Below are positions 37,488-52,057 of a stretch of DNA of 64,000 nt, piece after piece. The translations under genes were made by a program, and so were the position numbers. Under the pieces are notes generated by a model, which ran no database searches, was not told the origin of the DNA, and was given only the letters and a program-made list of their open reading frames with translations. The stretch comes from Azolla caroliniana (Eukaryota > Plantae > Polypodiophyta). The stretch is from NCBI GenBank assembly GCA_043228905.1, contig JBHGNT010000003.1, positions 16,058,001-16,122,000 on the forward strand, read 5' to 3'. Every line of letters starts with the position of its first letter. The stretch's first letter is position 1.

Positions 37488-39159
37488 ATGAGGAAGCATG
37501 GTGGAATTGAACGCACAGAGTGGCCATTGATCCCAGGCCTCCCCTGCTTCCTTCTGCGTACCCTGGCCATCCCCGTCGCCATTCTCGTGCTCGCCATGCC
37601 CACGCTCGTCAACTGCACTGCTGATGGTATGTATGGCGCTAAAACTTGACAGATTAAATGAAGCTAACTTCCTCCACCATTCTCTCAAATTTTGATTCAT
37701 TATGCTCGATGATGGAGGTCTGCGTACGACTCCTCACTTCTATTGATTCATTAGTTTCATGAAAGTGTTTTCTAGGATTTTAGGGCAATCACATGTCGTT
37801 CCATAATCAAGTCGTTTAGGGTTTAGGGTTGCAGTCATGTGGTTTAGGATTGATTGATTGATTGAGTGCAGTGGATGTGCTGATCGCATTCAAATCACGA
37901 ATCGTCCAGGATCCTGATAAAGTGCTGGCCAGCTGGGACGTGACGCTTGCGGATCCTTGCACCTGGTTCCACGTCACCTGCGACGCCCATAACCGCGTCA
38001 TCCGCCTGTATGTAATTAGCAAAATCGGCTGGGATCTAAATGTAGATAATTTAGCATTACACTAATCTCTTCAAACCAATCAACACTAATATTTTTTTTG
38101 TGCGCTAATTTAACCATTTAGTATGAGGTCACATGATATTTTGGAACGAATTTGCATGTTAGGGATCTCGGCAATGAGGGACTTAAAGGGACCTTGGCAC
38201 CCGAGCTAGGTCACCTGGATCGATTGCAATATCTGTAAGTCTTCACAACATTAAAATTGTACGTAATGCAAGTCTACTACTCTACCAATCCCAACCTTAG
38301 TGTGTACTACTTACTACCACCTTATATTATATTATATACTCATGTGTCTTCACTTAAACACTTATGTGAGATCCTTTCTTATATTCTCTTCCATGCAGCC
38401 TTCTGTATAAGAACAACTTTGTTGGACCGATTCCGGGGGACCTCGGAAAGCTTCATTCGCTAGTCGCGTTGGACTTGTCGAGTAACCAGCTTTCAGGACC
38501 CATCCCACAGCAGTTGGACCACCTTGAGCAACCCCACAACCTCAAGTTCTTGTGAGACACACTTTGAAACTCCATGTCATCATTTACTAATCTACTCCAT
38601 ATTATAGATGTTGGACATATATATTTTATGTTCTAGTTAAGTGTGACTATTTGTTTATGTCATGGAATACAATCAAGACTGTCAACAAATGACACACACT
38701 AGCTAACAATGATGATGGTCTATGATTTTGGATTTCTTCAAATGGGTACCGATTGGTTACACCCAGATGCCTCAACAACAATAGATTGAATGGAACAATT
38801 CCTGCGACACTTGGAATAATAAATCTCCGACAACTGTAAGTATGTCGATGCCTACGTTTGCACTTTGTAACTACTTCCAACACATCTCTCTTATCAAGTA
38901 TGAAATATGCAGGGATCTTTCTCACAATGACTTCAATGGATTCTTGCCAACAACTTTTAGTCGATATGGCTCCACAAGGTATTGTTTTAACTTCATGATA
39001 TTTCTTTCATCTGCGTATTGATCCCATTGTTTGGGAATACAAGTCACGAAAAGCAAATCTTTGTAACATTATAAAGAGATTAGTTGATGTCATCAATGCA
39101 GTTTCTTTCCTGGGAACAAAGGACTATGTGGAGGTCCACCTGTTAACAAGCCTTGCTGA
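37488..39159 (+). CDS. Secreted leucine-rich-repeat protein (SERK-ectodomain-like, LRR1/LRP type), 230 aa; exons 37488-37626, 37872-38007, 38163-38234, 38399-38551, 38767-38835, 38913-38978, 39102-39159
   Basis: All introns GT..AG and phases close (693 nt). Hydrophobic signal segment, [22 protein letters not shown], LRRs ([51 protein letters not shown]) and C-cap [15 protein letters not shown]-stop. No transmembrane or kinase domain. Confidence 0.92.
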
Positions 39160-41073
39160 TATGGCAAATCATCCTTAACTTTTGAGCTGTAATTTTTCCA
39201 TTTTCCATTGGGTATTATGTAAATGTTTCTACACTTATCATCAACCAATTTAATAACATATAGTACTCCATACTATTCTCAAAATCATTGATTCGTTTGG
39301 GACATGGATCGAGTTTCAGTCCCGGGCGAACAGTAGTCTAATTTCCATCCATCAATCTATCTTTTGAAGCTTGGACTTAGATGTTCATTCTTGATTTCAT
39401 TGTTCACTCCTAACAATCTTGTTCAATCTTGATTTCATTGTTCACTGACCATAAAATCGACGTCCATAACTTGTTGCACAAGGATAAACAACACATGCTT
39501 GATGATTGGGTACGCATCCCATTTTGTTGTAACCAATTGTCTCATGGGCCAAATTTGGTCTTAGAAAACGTTAATATATCTTTCTTTCTTTCTTTGTCAT
39601 GTAAGGATAGTAAAGACTTTCATGTGCTACTTACTTTATCATGTATATCTTCTGTATATGTCATCTCTAACTTGATGTACTCTGGCAATGTGCCTAATGT
39701 TTCATTTTGGATTGATTTCACATCGATAAAAAAAAATCCTCGTCTTCTTCTAAATTGCTCGTGTGTAGCCCTACTATCCAATCTCAATGCAAAAAAGTTT
39801 CCATGATGTGCTCATCCAAATATTAAAAGATATTAGTGTTAAATGAATACGTGACGCATGATATTGCATATGATGATAACCTACCCTTGTAGATTTCAAC
39901 ATTGTGTGTTTAATTCGTTTGATGTGTATCTATTGATAAATCTACAACCATATTTAAGAGGCAAAAACCTTGAAATAGCCATAATTTTCTTGTTATTTAA
40001 TGAAATGGCCCTCTATATATGTTCTACCAATAATATGTATTATGTTTTCTCTTTCATGTAAGATTCGGTACTCGAAGGTTTTCTTCATAGTAGTGGCACA
40101 TGAAACTTAAAGATGAGATTCTTAGAAGTCAGTTTTGCATTAAAATGTACACTATTAATTTGGAATGAATGATGACGTTAGTATCTATACTTTTTCTTCT
40201 TGACGCTAGTTGCATGTTTAACAATAAGACTTTTTACACCTTCCACAAAGAAATTGTTGACAATTATATACATTAAGTGATCAAATAAGGCTCTGATAGC
40301 ATTTCCTTGTACTGTACTCATTTTCGGCTTTCCATATATATCCGCATGAACACACTAATGAATTACATCTATGCCAATATTTATTGACACATGAACACAT
40401 AAATGTTTCTTTACAAAACACGTTATGAAAATGCCATCATGTGTGTAATACAATTGGTTGGACATGTGGTTGATGCAAAGCACATTAATTATTTGTTTTG
40501 TTTCAATGTTTTGTGCAATCCTTCAATGTGTTTTAAGCAACAACAATTAAGAATGGGGCACCAAACAAACACATTCCCAAGTCCATAAAAATCTTTGATC
40601 AAGACCAATGTAGCCTATTACACTACTAGATCATCTATGCCAAGTTATCTCCCTCCCTCTCCCACTTCTTATTTGACAAATGAACACATAATCTATCAAG
40701 TATCTTCATCGCGTATAAACTTGATCCTCAGTACAATAGCTCTTTATGCTTCTTAATCATCACCCTCAAATATCTTAATTTTTCATCAATGTAGCTTGCC
40801 CACATGTTTGTGCGGTGTGTCATCAAAGCCATCATTGATGGCAATCTCCACGCTTTCCACTAGCAATGTCCACCCAATTTCACTTCTTCCTACACATCTT
40901 CCACAACTTCTTTTTATCAATTTGAAGACCTCCTCCATAGTATAGGTTCTTTAACTAACAATGAGCCTATAACAGATGAATAGAATAGCTCATGAACTAG
41001 CCTCAAGCCCTCCATTCGGTAAATTCAGCTTTCTAGCCACCATCCTCTATTGCCCAATCTTACATCCAACAAA

Positions 41074-41330
41074 TCAACATGCAAAACCCAAATCAATTTT
41101 TTTTGTGAGGGACATTGACGATCATGTACCTTCCTTCCTCTTAGTCTAAATTGTTAACTATCTAGAGAAATACCTCAATGTCGTTGACATAAACACATCA
41201 AGATCTCAACATGCCAAACCCATATGACAATTTTTGTGAGGGACATTGAGGATCATGGAGCTGCCTTCTCTTAGTCTAGCATTATAACAATCTAGAGAAA
41301 TACTTCAATGTCATTGACATAAAGTCATCA
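41074..41330. repeat. Tandem duplication, 2 x ~130 bp, diverged
   Basis: TCAACATGC.AAACCC...TTTTGTGAGGGACATTGA...TCTAGAGAAATAC repeated. Confidence 0.8.
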
Positions 41331-41609
41331 ATAGAAACAAACTTTGGTTTGTCCTTAGACAACCGAGCCATCAAGTTTTGTAACAAACTATACTTGCACA
41401 ATTTCCCAACCTTTGATGCATTGTGTGCAACATTCCATTGTATATTCACTACAAAGGAATGGGACGTTATTAGCACCCCCCCTTTTCAGTAAGTTCAATG
41501 AGGGCATCAAATAGATGAAATGACCACATATAATGGAAGACAAAGGATAAGAAGATTACATATGTAGATGTGTGGACGAATGTCGAGATGATGAACATCG
41601 ATGGCAAAA

Positions 41610-41760
41610 TGACAATTAGTGGGGTTAGAAAACAAGAATCAAAAGAGACTTAAGTTTGATGTGACAATGAGCAGGGCTAGAAAACAAAAATCAAAAGAGA
41701 ATCAAGTTTGAGGTGACAATGAGTGGGGTTCAAAAACAAGGATCAAAAGAGACTGAGTTT
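41610..41760. repeat. Minisatellite 3 x 52 bp
   Basis: TGACAAT.AG..GGG...AAAACAA.AATCAAAAGAGA at 41610, 41662, 41714. Confidence 0.85.
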
Positions 41761-42727
41761 TAGGAGCATATGTAATTTGTGTAATTTAGGAGCATATTCA
41801 TTGCATATGTAATTTGTGTATTGCATTTGGTGCCTAGAAAAATGAGAAAGAGAGACTTCACAACCAAGTACCCTCACAATATTCACATTTACACAACCTT
41901 ACAATCCTCTCTTAGTAGTATCATGACACGAGAACAATCATAAAATCTAACAATGCCTATATTTAGGAAATATATGTTTGTTTCCTTCACTTATCATATA
42001 TGATGCAACCATATGGATCTATCGTTCATACTTTTGGGTAGTAGTATTTAATAAAAACATGTTGTCAAACATTCTTGTGAAGTACCATTATTTTACAGTA
42101 TAATTGGGCGTCATTCTTTTCTTCGTCCACTTATGTGTCCATGCTACTTTCAAATAGGGTTTCTTGGTAATCCTTGTCCGCATGCTCAATGAGGGATACC
42201 TTTGGTACAACAACCTTTCAAGTAAAAAAGCAACCACTTCTTGTTTCGATTGGAGATGCTTGATACTACCTTTTGACACCATTTCTGGTAAATAGGGCAA
42301 CTAGACCTTTATTAAGTTTGGTTGTGGTGTATGATCCAATGTTACCACAAGGTGGAAATAGGAAAGACCTTGGTACCTTTCAAGAAGAGAAGTGTTATGG
42401 TCAAATCTAGTTTTGTGCTAAAGTGGATATGTGAAGTCAAGCACTTATAATTATTAACATCAATAAGTAATTGATGTTTTTTCAAATAATACATTTCCAA
42501 GTTTCCTTTGAACCTTGTTGTACCTCACATATAAAAGAAAATAATTTAAGTTTCAATGGTGTTGCATTTACTTACAAGCTTGTCTGGTTAAAAAGAAGAT
42601 TCCTCTTAGTCTGCTTGTAGAAGTCTTCCTCAATCTTAGAAGAATTAACCAATGACATGTATTATATTAGGACTCTGAAGACATTTTAATACACAAAAGA
42701 GTGTCTCTTGAACAAGAGTCCATGTTG

Positions 42728-45700
42728 TTACCAATACCAATCAATTGAGATATTGAAGGAGCCAGCATTTTCTTCTGTGTTTTCCCAAGGTTGTTCATTT
42801 TTTATATTGGATTTGTGGGCATGTTGATGTGGTGCAAGTCTCCAATGGTTATTATTAAAGTCATTTTCATCTGCCAAATTTTTTGTTGATTCTTCAACTT
42901 GTAATACGGAGCTTGGTTCATCAATTACACCATTGCTTTCACTACCTTCTGAAGTTGTAATACTGTCATTGTCTTGTTTCTTTGGATGGAAAGCCCTAAT
43001 TTCTATGTTTTGATCATTCTCTATTACAGTGTCTTGGTTGCGGACATTGGAACAAGAAGCTAATGTAATTGAATCATGTTCTCCAGGTGGATTTGTTACT
43101 TTGCTTTCCCTAACTCCTCCTTTCAATCTTGCAAGCTACAAAGATAAAACAAACATATTTATTTTGTTTTCTCTTCATAATCATTTAAATTTATGCATTC
43201 ATCAATGTCTTTCTCCCAATGATCAAATGTATTGAGTTCAAAACATTACCATGAGAAGAGTATTTTCTTTTCTCAAATGCACCTATGAATGTTCATGTGT
43301 AGTTTACATTGCACAGAATTATATACAAGTGTCGACAAGTTTCTAATGGACATCATCAATTACGACAAACAAATTATCAAGCCAAATATTATGGGAAAGT
43401 TGGGAGGTTGCCAAATAAGCTATCCCAAAATTGTTAAGGACACGTTATGCAATGGACACTCAAGGGTGATGAAGAATATAATACAAAATGGAATGTGCAC
43501 GCCAACAAAACGTTATTGATGTAGTTAGATTTTGGACCATAGAAAACAATCACATGCATATTCATATTGCATGTCAATAACTTTACAAACCAATTATGAA
43601 TATGACGTACACAATCAAATAGTCAAGTTATGTATGCATATGTGTATGCGTTTAGATGTGGGTGTGAGTATGTATGCATGTGGGTATGGGTATGGGTATA
43701 CCGTATATGTGCATGTATGTGTGCCTAATCTCTTATATGTGTTTGTATATGTATGCATGTATGTATGTGTACGGTAGTGCACACACACATATAGATATAA
43801 ACAACAAGCATAGCACATGCACATAAATATATGCAAACTCTTCACAAAATACATTTTGTGACTATTAATTGCTCATTATTATTTGCCACCTTAGGACATA
43901 ATAGTGATTTACAATAATTGATGATATCTTAAATGATCATAAGTGGCCATATTCCCTAACCAAGTAGTACCTAAGTATGTCTTTTGTGGAATGGATAAAT
44001 GAAGATGATGAAGATACATGTGCATATTTATGGTGGTGGTCCATTGGTGGATACAAATTTAAAGACAAAAGAAACATTGACCTTTATAGATGAAGAGATT
44101 GTTTGATCGTCTCTATGATAAACAACTTAGTTCATGAAGGGGAAGGAAGCATGCTAATTTATATCTAGTGTGCTGACCCACCCATTCTAATGGTTTAGAC
44201 AACAAACATCAATGATTTCTCAACAAACTAAAATCATTAAAGATATTATGAAAATAGCCGTTGATTTCAGCATGACGTTAACCATTCCATTCAATCTACA
44301 TATGCATATGCAAAAGGTTAGAAACTTGTAGTTGACTAACTTAAGGTAGGTCGAGTAGAAGTTAATGCACAAAAGATAATAAAGAATGATAGTAGGGAAA
44401 AAGCACAACATGAATGTGGGCTCCACTATAAAATGTGAAAGAGTGCTCAAAGAGATTTGTGGGAGTATCTATGTCCACATATTAAAGGTTAAATACCTTT
44501 TAGCAATAGAAACTTTTCTCCACAATATCAATAATTTGGTCTTCTCCAAAGTAGAATTCATTACTTTATGTGAATTGTTTCTTTATATTAATACGAAAAA
44601 TATAAAGAGAAAATTGGGGGTCATAGACAAAAAGTTTCAAAGAAATAGAAGTTTGGTCTTCATTTAAAGTACAATTACAGTTGAACAATTCTAGCCTGGA
44701 AACTTTCTATGATGTTTGGCTTCTCCACATTAGCTAACGTTAGTGGGGGGGTCATTAAGGATCAACGACATAACAACAACCTCCCCTTAGGTCTTTAGCA
44801 TTGATTGTGAGCAAAAGTTTTTCTTTGGCGTCACCTATTTTTATGGCATGGATAAGACTTTTTCTATTCAATGACCACCTTGCATTTTTTGTGTGTGTTT
44901 GTGATAGAGAGAGAGATAGAAAGAGAAAGATCTATTTGTGAGAAAGCAGAGAGGGGTGGTCAATTGGTAAACACTACTAGATAGATTCAAGAAAGTCATA
45001 GATTCAACCCCTAAATGAGCAAGGTCGTCCTAACAAATAGGAAAATAGGTGGGCACAAGTAAGAAGTATGCTTACAAAAACGTTGTGGCACAATAAAGGA
45101 CATTTGGTGAAATAGAACTAAGGGTTAAAGAGTGACCTGGTCTTGTAGTTCTTGTTTTTCTTGAAGTAGAATATCTCTTTCTGCTTTGAGGGCATCAAAG
45201 TTGGACTTCAACATGGAGTAGTCCTTCTCAAGTTGTTTAGTTTTCCATCGAGCCCTTCTATTTTGGAACCATATTGCCACTTGCCTAGGTTGTAAACTCA
45301 ATTCGGAGGCTAACTTCACTTTCCTCTCTGGTTCTAGCCTATTGTCCCCCTCAAATGCCTTCTCTAGTGCCTTCACTTGTTCATATCCAAGGCGTCGTAC
45401 TCCCTTCATCAACTTTTGACCATCTACACCCACAATGGCACTCTCATTAAAGATGTAATCATCTTGGTCCATGTAATTTACTTCTGTTTTGCCAATGTTG
45501 GTCTCTGTATGTGTTGCTTCATTGATGCCCCTTGTGTGAGTATCGTTGCTCATGTACATTAAGTTGGCTCTCTTCATTGGCCTCTCCTCGTTTCCATGAA
45601 CATATGCCTCTCGAAAGTCCATGTTACCATCTAGATGTAAGTGTACACAATACAAATGTTAAACTATGAGCATATTGTGAATCTCACCCTTTCACACACT

Positions 45701-47734
45701 CTCTCTCTTTTGCACACACACACACACTATTATGCTCATTTATAATAAACACTCTATTCAGTTATGTACATGTATATTATCAACAATCAAGGTTTCCTCA
45801 ATATTAACCCTAATTTGCACAATTTCACTAAAAATCTTGGTGATATAATGCATAACCACCCAATTCAAATATTTCTAAGATTGGGCATGACCCAAGTCAG
45901 GTTCACTTTATTAAGGCTGGGTGATGCACCAAAGCTCTCAATGATACCCCACAGAACATTGAACTTCATCAACATTACTTTCAGAACTCAATGATATCTA
46001 GAGATAGGTTGAAATCAAGGTGAGATCTCTAGTGTTCAGGAATATAGTCCTATTGAAATAAAATACGGATTGATTATGAAAATGACTTTGGAAACATAAC
46101 ATTCATGAAAGATATAGAGATTGTATGAAAAATTCCTACGAAGTTTGTGTGATTTTCTTCTAAAAATTCATTTATAAGAAGGAAAGCTAATCCAAATTGT
46201 GGAGAAAATTTCCGAAATGTTCAACGGTGAGAACTTGAGCAAATTTTGTGAATGAGTAGCAATGAAAAAAGTTGCATTATGCATTAGACATTGGAATGAC
46301 TTTTTGAACTATCATGATTGGAAATATTTATAAAGGGAAATATATAAAATTCCTACTAGATGTTTAGTATAATTTAGTATTATTGCATGCATCAAAATGG
46401 ATAAAATATAAACAAAAGTTTCATATGAAACAATAAGAATATTTCGATGATTAGATTATACTACTGAATCCCTCTTGACATGGTGTAATTTATTCACTAA
46501 AACATTGGTCCAACAAGCTTTCATGTTCAAAATATTTACAAAACTGAAAAATTTCAAAATTTTGTTAAATTTCCTATTCAAGTAGAACCAGATCGCGAAT
46601 CCCGAGTTTCAATCACCACTATGTAGAATTGCAAAAATATGATAAAAAGAGTGCAGGAAAACAATTCAAACATGGAACTAATATAAAAAATATACAAAAC
46701 CAAGAAGTGAATGTTTAAAGTGAGAGTCTTGTATTGAGATGTGATTGCTATTCATTTGGGAAGCTTGAAAGAAGGAAATTTAACTAAAATTGTCTACGTT
46801 CATCAATTGTTAAATTTCATTTTCTATTATTTCATGCATGAAGAGGATCCATTTGGAAACACAATAATAATAACCAATTCTACGTGGACATTTGGCAAAT
46901 AAATGCTCAACCTTCAACTAAATTTCCTCTGCTACTCTATGATGATTTCCTATAAGTTCATCTATAAGTGAAGGAATTTCTACGAAACAAACATCGGTAA
47001 GTTCAAATGTCTTGTAATAACTGAAAATTTCCAAACCACTAGGAAACTCCATCTCGTATCCTAAGGAGCTCGGTTATTCGACAAGGCCAACAACAAGTGA
47101 CCCATTCATTGGCAACAAGACATATCAACACAACATAGTACGCACAATATGTACTGACACCAAGATGACACCATACAATGATGATGGAAAGCTTCCCCGA
47201 AGCACTTAGAGAACCGGTTCATGGACGCGTGAAGAAACCTTTCTCAAGCACTATAGGAATTTTGGTGACTAAACACACAACTAATTCCCACCCAACACCA
47301 ATACTACGCTTATATACACACCAAGACTGTTATTTCCCGAGCAATCGTAGTAGTAAATAGAAAACTACGAAACTCGGACAATGAATTGGGAACCATCCCT
47401 AGCAATTGGAAAACATGACTCCAAGGAAACTTGGACCCTCACATAGAGTCACATCTTGTCAATACACCACGAAACTTGAGAGTCAATTGGAAAACTTGGC
47501 CATTTCTCCCAAAAACATGAGCGAGAACAACATACAACTACATATACTAGGATGCTAACCCTAATAATCATTGCAGCCTTAGTATTTGATACTATGCTCT
47601 TCTAACCCTAATCATACACTGTTATTTGTACCTGTGCCGCCACCAAATTGTGGGCAATTGGAGCCCGGGACAAAGAGGCCCGACATATGGTGGTGATGCT
47701 GGATGCCCAACGGAATACTGTAGTCAGAGCTCAT
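42728..47734 (-). CDS. Homeodomain-leucine zipper class I transcription factor, 334 aa; exons 47734-47632, 45630-45137, 43135-42728
   Basis: [55 protein letters not shown] plus zipper, and an aromatic/acidic C-terminus ..SIDWYW. GT..AG introns with closing phases (103+494+408 nt). Exon 1 is inferred from splice phase and is less certain. Confidence 0.9.
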
Positions 47735-48503
47735 CGGTGCGCCAATGGAGATTTGAATTAGCGCCCCCCGACTAATGAGCTAAGCCAATAATTGAGAGAA
47801 TCTTAGACACTTGGATGGATTAACAGATCGGAGTATCTGTCTTTTGGACGATCGATTAGTGATAGATTGGATGGATTTTAATTGAAGTGAGCAGTTGGAT
47901 TGGATATTTAAATGATGGGATTAGGTGATCAAATTGGTTGAAATAGGAATCAATTGGACACAAATTTGTGTGAGTTGGAAGATTTCGATTGCCCAACTTC
48001 TGTCGCTAGACAGCATAATTGGGGCGATTCAACATTTAAATTGGAAGTGGAAGGTAGTCTTAGGTATGAATACAGTGAAATCCAAGGATTCTGAGATGAC
48101 TTTGGGCGACAAATTTAGAGGTGAATTAGTGGTACGAGATAATAGTAGGGCAACGGTGGATTTGGCGGATTGAAATTGAGAGACGAAATGAGTGAACGAA
48201 AAGGAGTAGTGAGAAAAATGGGTGAATGAATAATGGATCGCGTATGAGAGTAATGGATGAATAAGAATTAGAAGAATTATATTATGCTGAAAGAAAGGAG
48301 AGAACAGAAACGATATGGGCAGGCGCCCAGGTGTGAAAAGGAGATGGCGATCCGAAGAGGAAGAGGAAGAAGAAGACAAGTAAAAGAAAAGAAAAGGGTT
48401 TGTCCTTTCACAAAAAAGCAGGCTTTTCTTCCTTCATTTCCTTTTTCCTTCTCTTTTCCTTAGGAGCAGGGGTGGGGAGGAGAAATTTCTCAAATTTGTG
48501 ACC

Positions 48504-48553
<50 letters not shown>

Positions 48554-50749
48554 CGATTGGTATACATACTTGTTTGTGTGTGCAAGTGTCACCCACATAT
48601 ATGTATGTATATAAATATTGTATGTGTCTCTTTCTCCGTTGTGTGCGCGTTGTGCATTGTGTGCAACTTTCACACCTGTGCTTGCATTGATGTTTCCTCT
48701 CTTCGAGATCAACGCGTTCGGTTGTCACATATGTATGTTGGGTACCCATCTCCTACGACGAGGAGTTATTGCACTCTCTCCTTGGGCTCTCACCAGGTGC
48801 TCTAGAGGCGTTGTGGATATGTTGCCTTCTAGACACCCTAATAACTAACCATCATGAGGACATGTCACCTTTTGTAAAATCGCAAGCATTGTATTCTGGG
48901 ATATATCAACTCATGTATGATAGCAAGAAATGATATATTATGACATCCCTTCACTATTATATTGAGCAAGTTGATCCACATGTTTTAGATGGTGGCTATG
49001 CTTCTACGATGGCCGACGAAAGGAGGACAAGCCTTCCTTGTTGCATAGGGGCAATTCTCGCCTTTCTTCTATTCCAATTTTGGTGATCTTAATATGGCAA
49101 TAATACACATCCTTAATGGTTTGTCTTACAACATTCCCACACACACAACATAGAGTAGTTGTAAATATCCTTACTCTATTCTCGTATAATCCTTAGAATT
49201 AGAGCACACTTAAGTTTGATGAGCCTCATCATACAATTAATATAACACTGTGTTAAAAAAGTATGAACTTGATGGTTTCTGGATAGGGAGTGCTTAGACA
49301 TTGGATTGATAGAGTGCAATGATGGGTTTAGAGAAGACGACATGCATGTGTTTGAGAGAGAAGGATAAAGGGGGGAAAGTTTTGAGTTTCTGCGTTCATT
49401 GAAAGAAAGCGTGAGGTTGGACCTTGGAGGGAGAATGTGTGTAATCAAAAGGTGAAAGGGAGCATTTGAGAGAGAACGGGCGTTGAGACATAATGTGTGT
49501 GTGTGTGTGTGTGTAAGGGAGGGTCACTAGCGTCCAAATGAGGCTTTCACATCAAACCCCCACCTCCCTTTCTTTTTCTTCCCCATCTCCTTTTTATCTT
49601 CGTCTTTCCCATATTTCGTTGTCTCTAAGCACAAAAGTTCCTCCTATTTCCCCACCCTTCCATTCTTCCTTTTGCCCCCCTTTTTGCATCTTCGCTTTCC
49701 ATATCTTCTGGCATTACTTTCCCTCCCCTCTTCTCGAAAATCTCTCTCTCTCTCTCTCTCCAACACAATGTGATATCTCCATCTTTTCACGCCTCCCAAT
49801 CAAAGTCTTATACCCCCTCCCTTGCTTTGATTGTATTAGTGTTTATTTGTGTTAGTGCGGCCATGACAATATATAAGTTTCCTATGCCTATGCTCACAAG
49901 CTATACTTCTTTTGCTTGTAGGTGTGAATTGTCCTTAATGGTTTTCTTGGTATTACCACATGTGAATGCTCTCATTTACCCTCACCCAAAATGTACCGTT
50001 CATGAGCAATGTGAATGTGAATATCCCTTGGGAGTGTCTTCCCCTTTTAGAAAAAAATGAATGAAATTTACACGCTACACCACATTATTTACAAATGAAA
50101 GGAACAACCTAAGCTATAACCATTACAAAGGAAGAAGCGTCATAATCACTAAGTATGAGCCACGGGGATTAAATAATCAAGGTACATCAAAGCTTGATCA
50201 CGACATATATAATTCCTTTAGGGTCATTTTCTCATCAAGGAGGATTGCATAAGCATGCTATTTGGGCAAATTGGTAAAAGGAAAAGACTAGAAAGTTTAG
50301 TTTCCAGAAAACTTCATACAACACAAGAAACCTATGTGGTCATACTTGAGTTGAAGAACGCAGCAAGTGTCCTATTTGGGAAACAATGCTTGCACGCAAG
50401 AAACAACCCATGTGAGCACAAGCATCCCTACATTACTTGGATGACCAAATTGAGAGAATGCATATCTCACACTTGATTCTAATCGGACACAAACAACCTA
50501 TTTCAAAAAATAAGTAGTCATATCCATGATTCACATAATGATGCTTGCCTTCACAACTTGAAGGTTATAAAACACAAGCTTGTCAACTTTAGTTGAGGAA
50601 TCACTTGTAGATCATTACCACAAGAATGTCCAATATTTCGAAGGTCACTTATGAAAGGTTATGCTTATTTTTGCTTGATTGTTTGAGAACAAATAATGGT
50701 GGAAAGGTGCATGTTCGTATGGATCAACGCATTACCTTGTGAAACTTGT

Positions 50750-51055
50750 GACACTCTCACCTTCTAATGTAAGCTAATTCAAGTTAGAGATTCTTTCAAT
50801 TAGGCTCCCATTGGCAATTTGTATTCATAATCCCACTCTTTCACAATAAGCACTCATGGTGCTCTTACCTTCAAGGATGGGTTAATTCAAGTTATAGATT
50901 CCTGCAATTAGGAATTTGTATTGATAGGTTTATTATATTCTTTCACAACAAACACTTTTAGCACTCTTACCATAAACTGTGAGCTAACTCAAGTTACATA
51001 TTCTTGTGATTAGGTTCTTCCATTGTGAATTTTTGTTTATAACTTTAGCACACTC
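50750..51055. repeat. Degenerate tandem repeat, 3 x ~105 bp
   Basis: CTCT.ACC...TAA.TCAAGTTA...ATTC....ATTAGG recurring at ~50755, 50862, 50963. Confidence 0.65.
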
Positions 51056-51982
51056 TTTTAGAACTATATTACTCGCAAGGGAAATAACCTAAATACCTTC
51101 GTCTCTTCAAAACTCCTAATATCTACAATCCCCCCCCCCCCCTTCTCCTCTCTCTCTCTCTCTCTCTCGTTTTCCACAATTTCTAGATAAAGAGGAGTAT
51201 TTTGGATTCTTTGTGAAAACAAAGATTTAGCTAGATCAAAATAATACACATTGATATTCCTTTTACCATTAATGGCCCAATACCACGTATTGTTGACAAT
51301 TGTAAACACTTGTGTTTTCTCATATCATTTATGATATCAAAGCTTCTTCCTTATACATTTTTAGTCCATATGAGAACTAGTATAGTTTGTTCTTCTTTCG
51401 TAATGTAATTTACCATTGTTATCTACGTATAGTGATGAAGCATATATTTGTATTCCACATGTATATTGAATATGCACACTATTTTAAGTGAGAAGGAGAT
51501 TCCTCTGGTCATAATCATTGAGTTTTAGTAGGTATTTTAATAAATCAATAGGGGAAATGGATAGATGATAGATGGATAGATAGGAAATGAATCCACAAAA
51601 ATCTAACACGAAGGTGGAACCAACTATTAGAACATTATCTTGAAATCAAAAGTCGATCATTAAATATTTACGTAAACCCTAACAATTGTCGTATATTTTG
51701 TCTCATTTTAGAAAGATTTTTTTTACGCATTACCCTCAAGAATGGACTAGGAAAAAGATTATTCTCGAGCACAGACCATAGATCTTCCCAAGCTTATTCC
51801 GATCCTCAAAAGCAAAACTTTCAAATGGTACTATTCTTTTTTTCTTGATTTTTTCTTTACTTCGGGAATCAATTTTCTTTCTTTTTATGACTAGTTTGTT
51901 TGTCTCATTCATATCTGTTTCTATTGATTCAATGTCCTTAAAGTGCACTCAATCCTCCTTCCCTCCCTCTCTCACAAACACA

Positions 51983-51986
<4 letters not shown>

Positions 51987-52053
<67 letters not shown>
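51987..52053. repeat. (CA)n microsatellite
   Basis: About 33 CA units. Confidence 0.95.
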
Positions 52054-52057
<4 letters not shown>

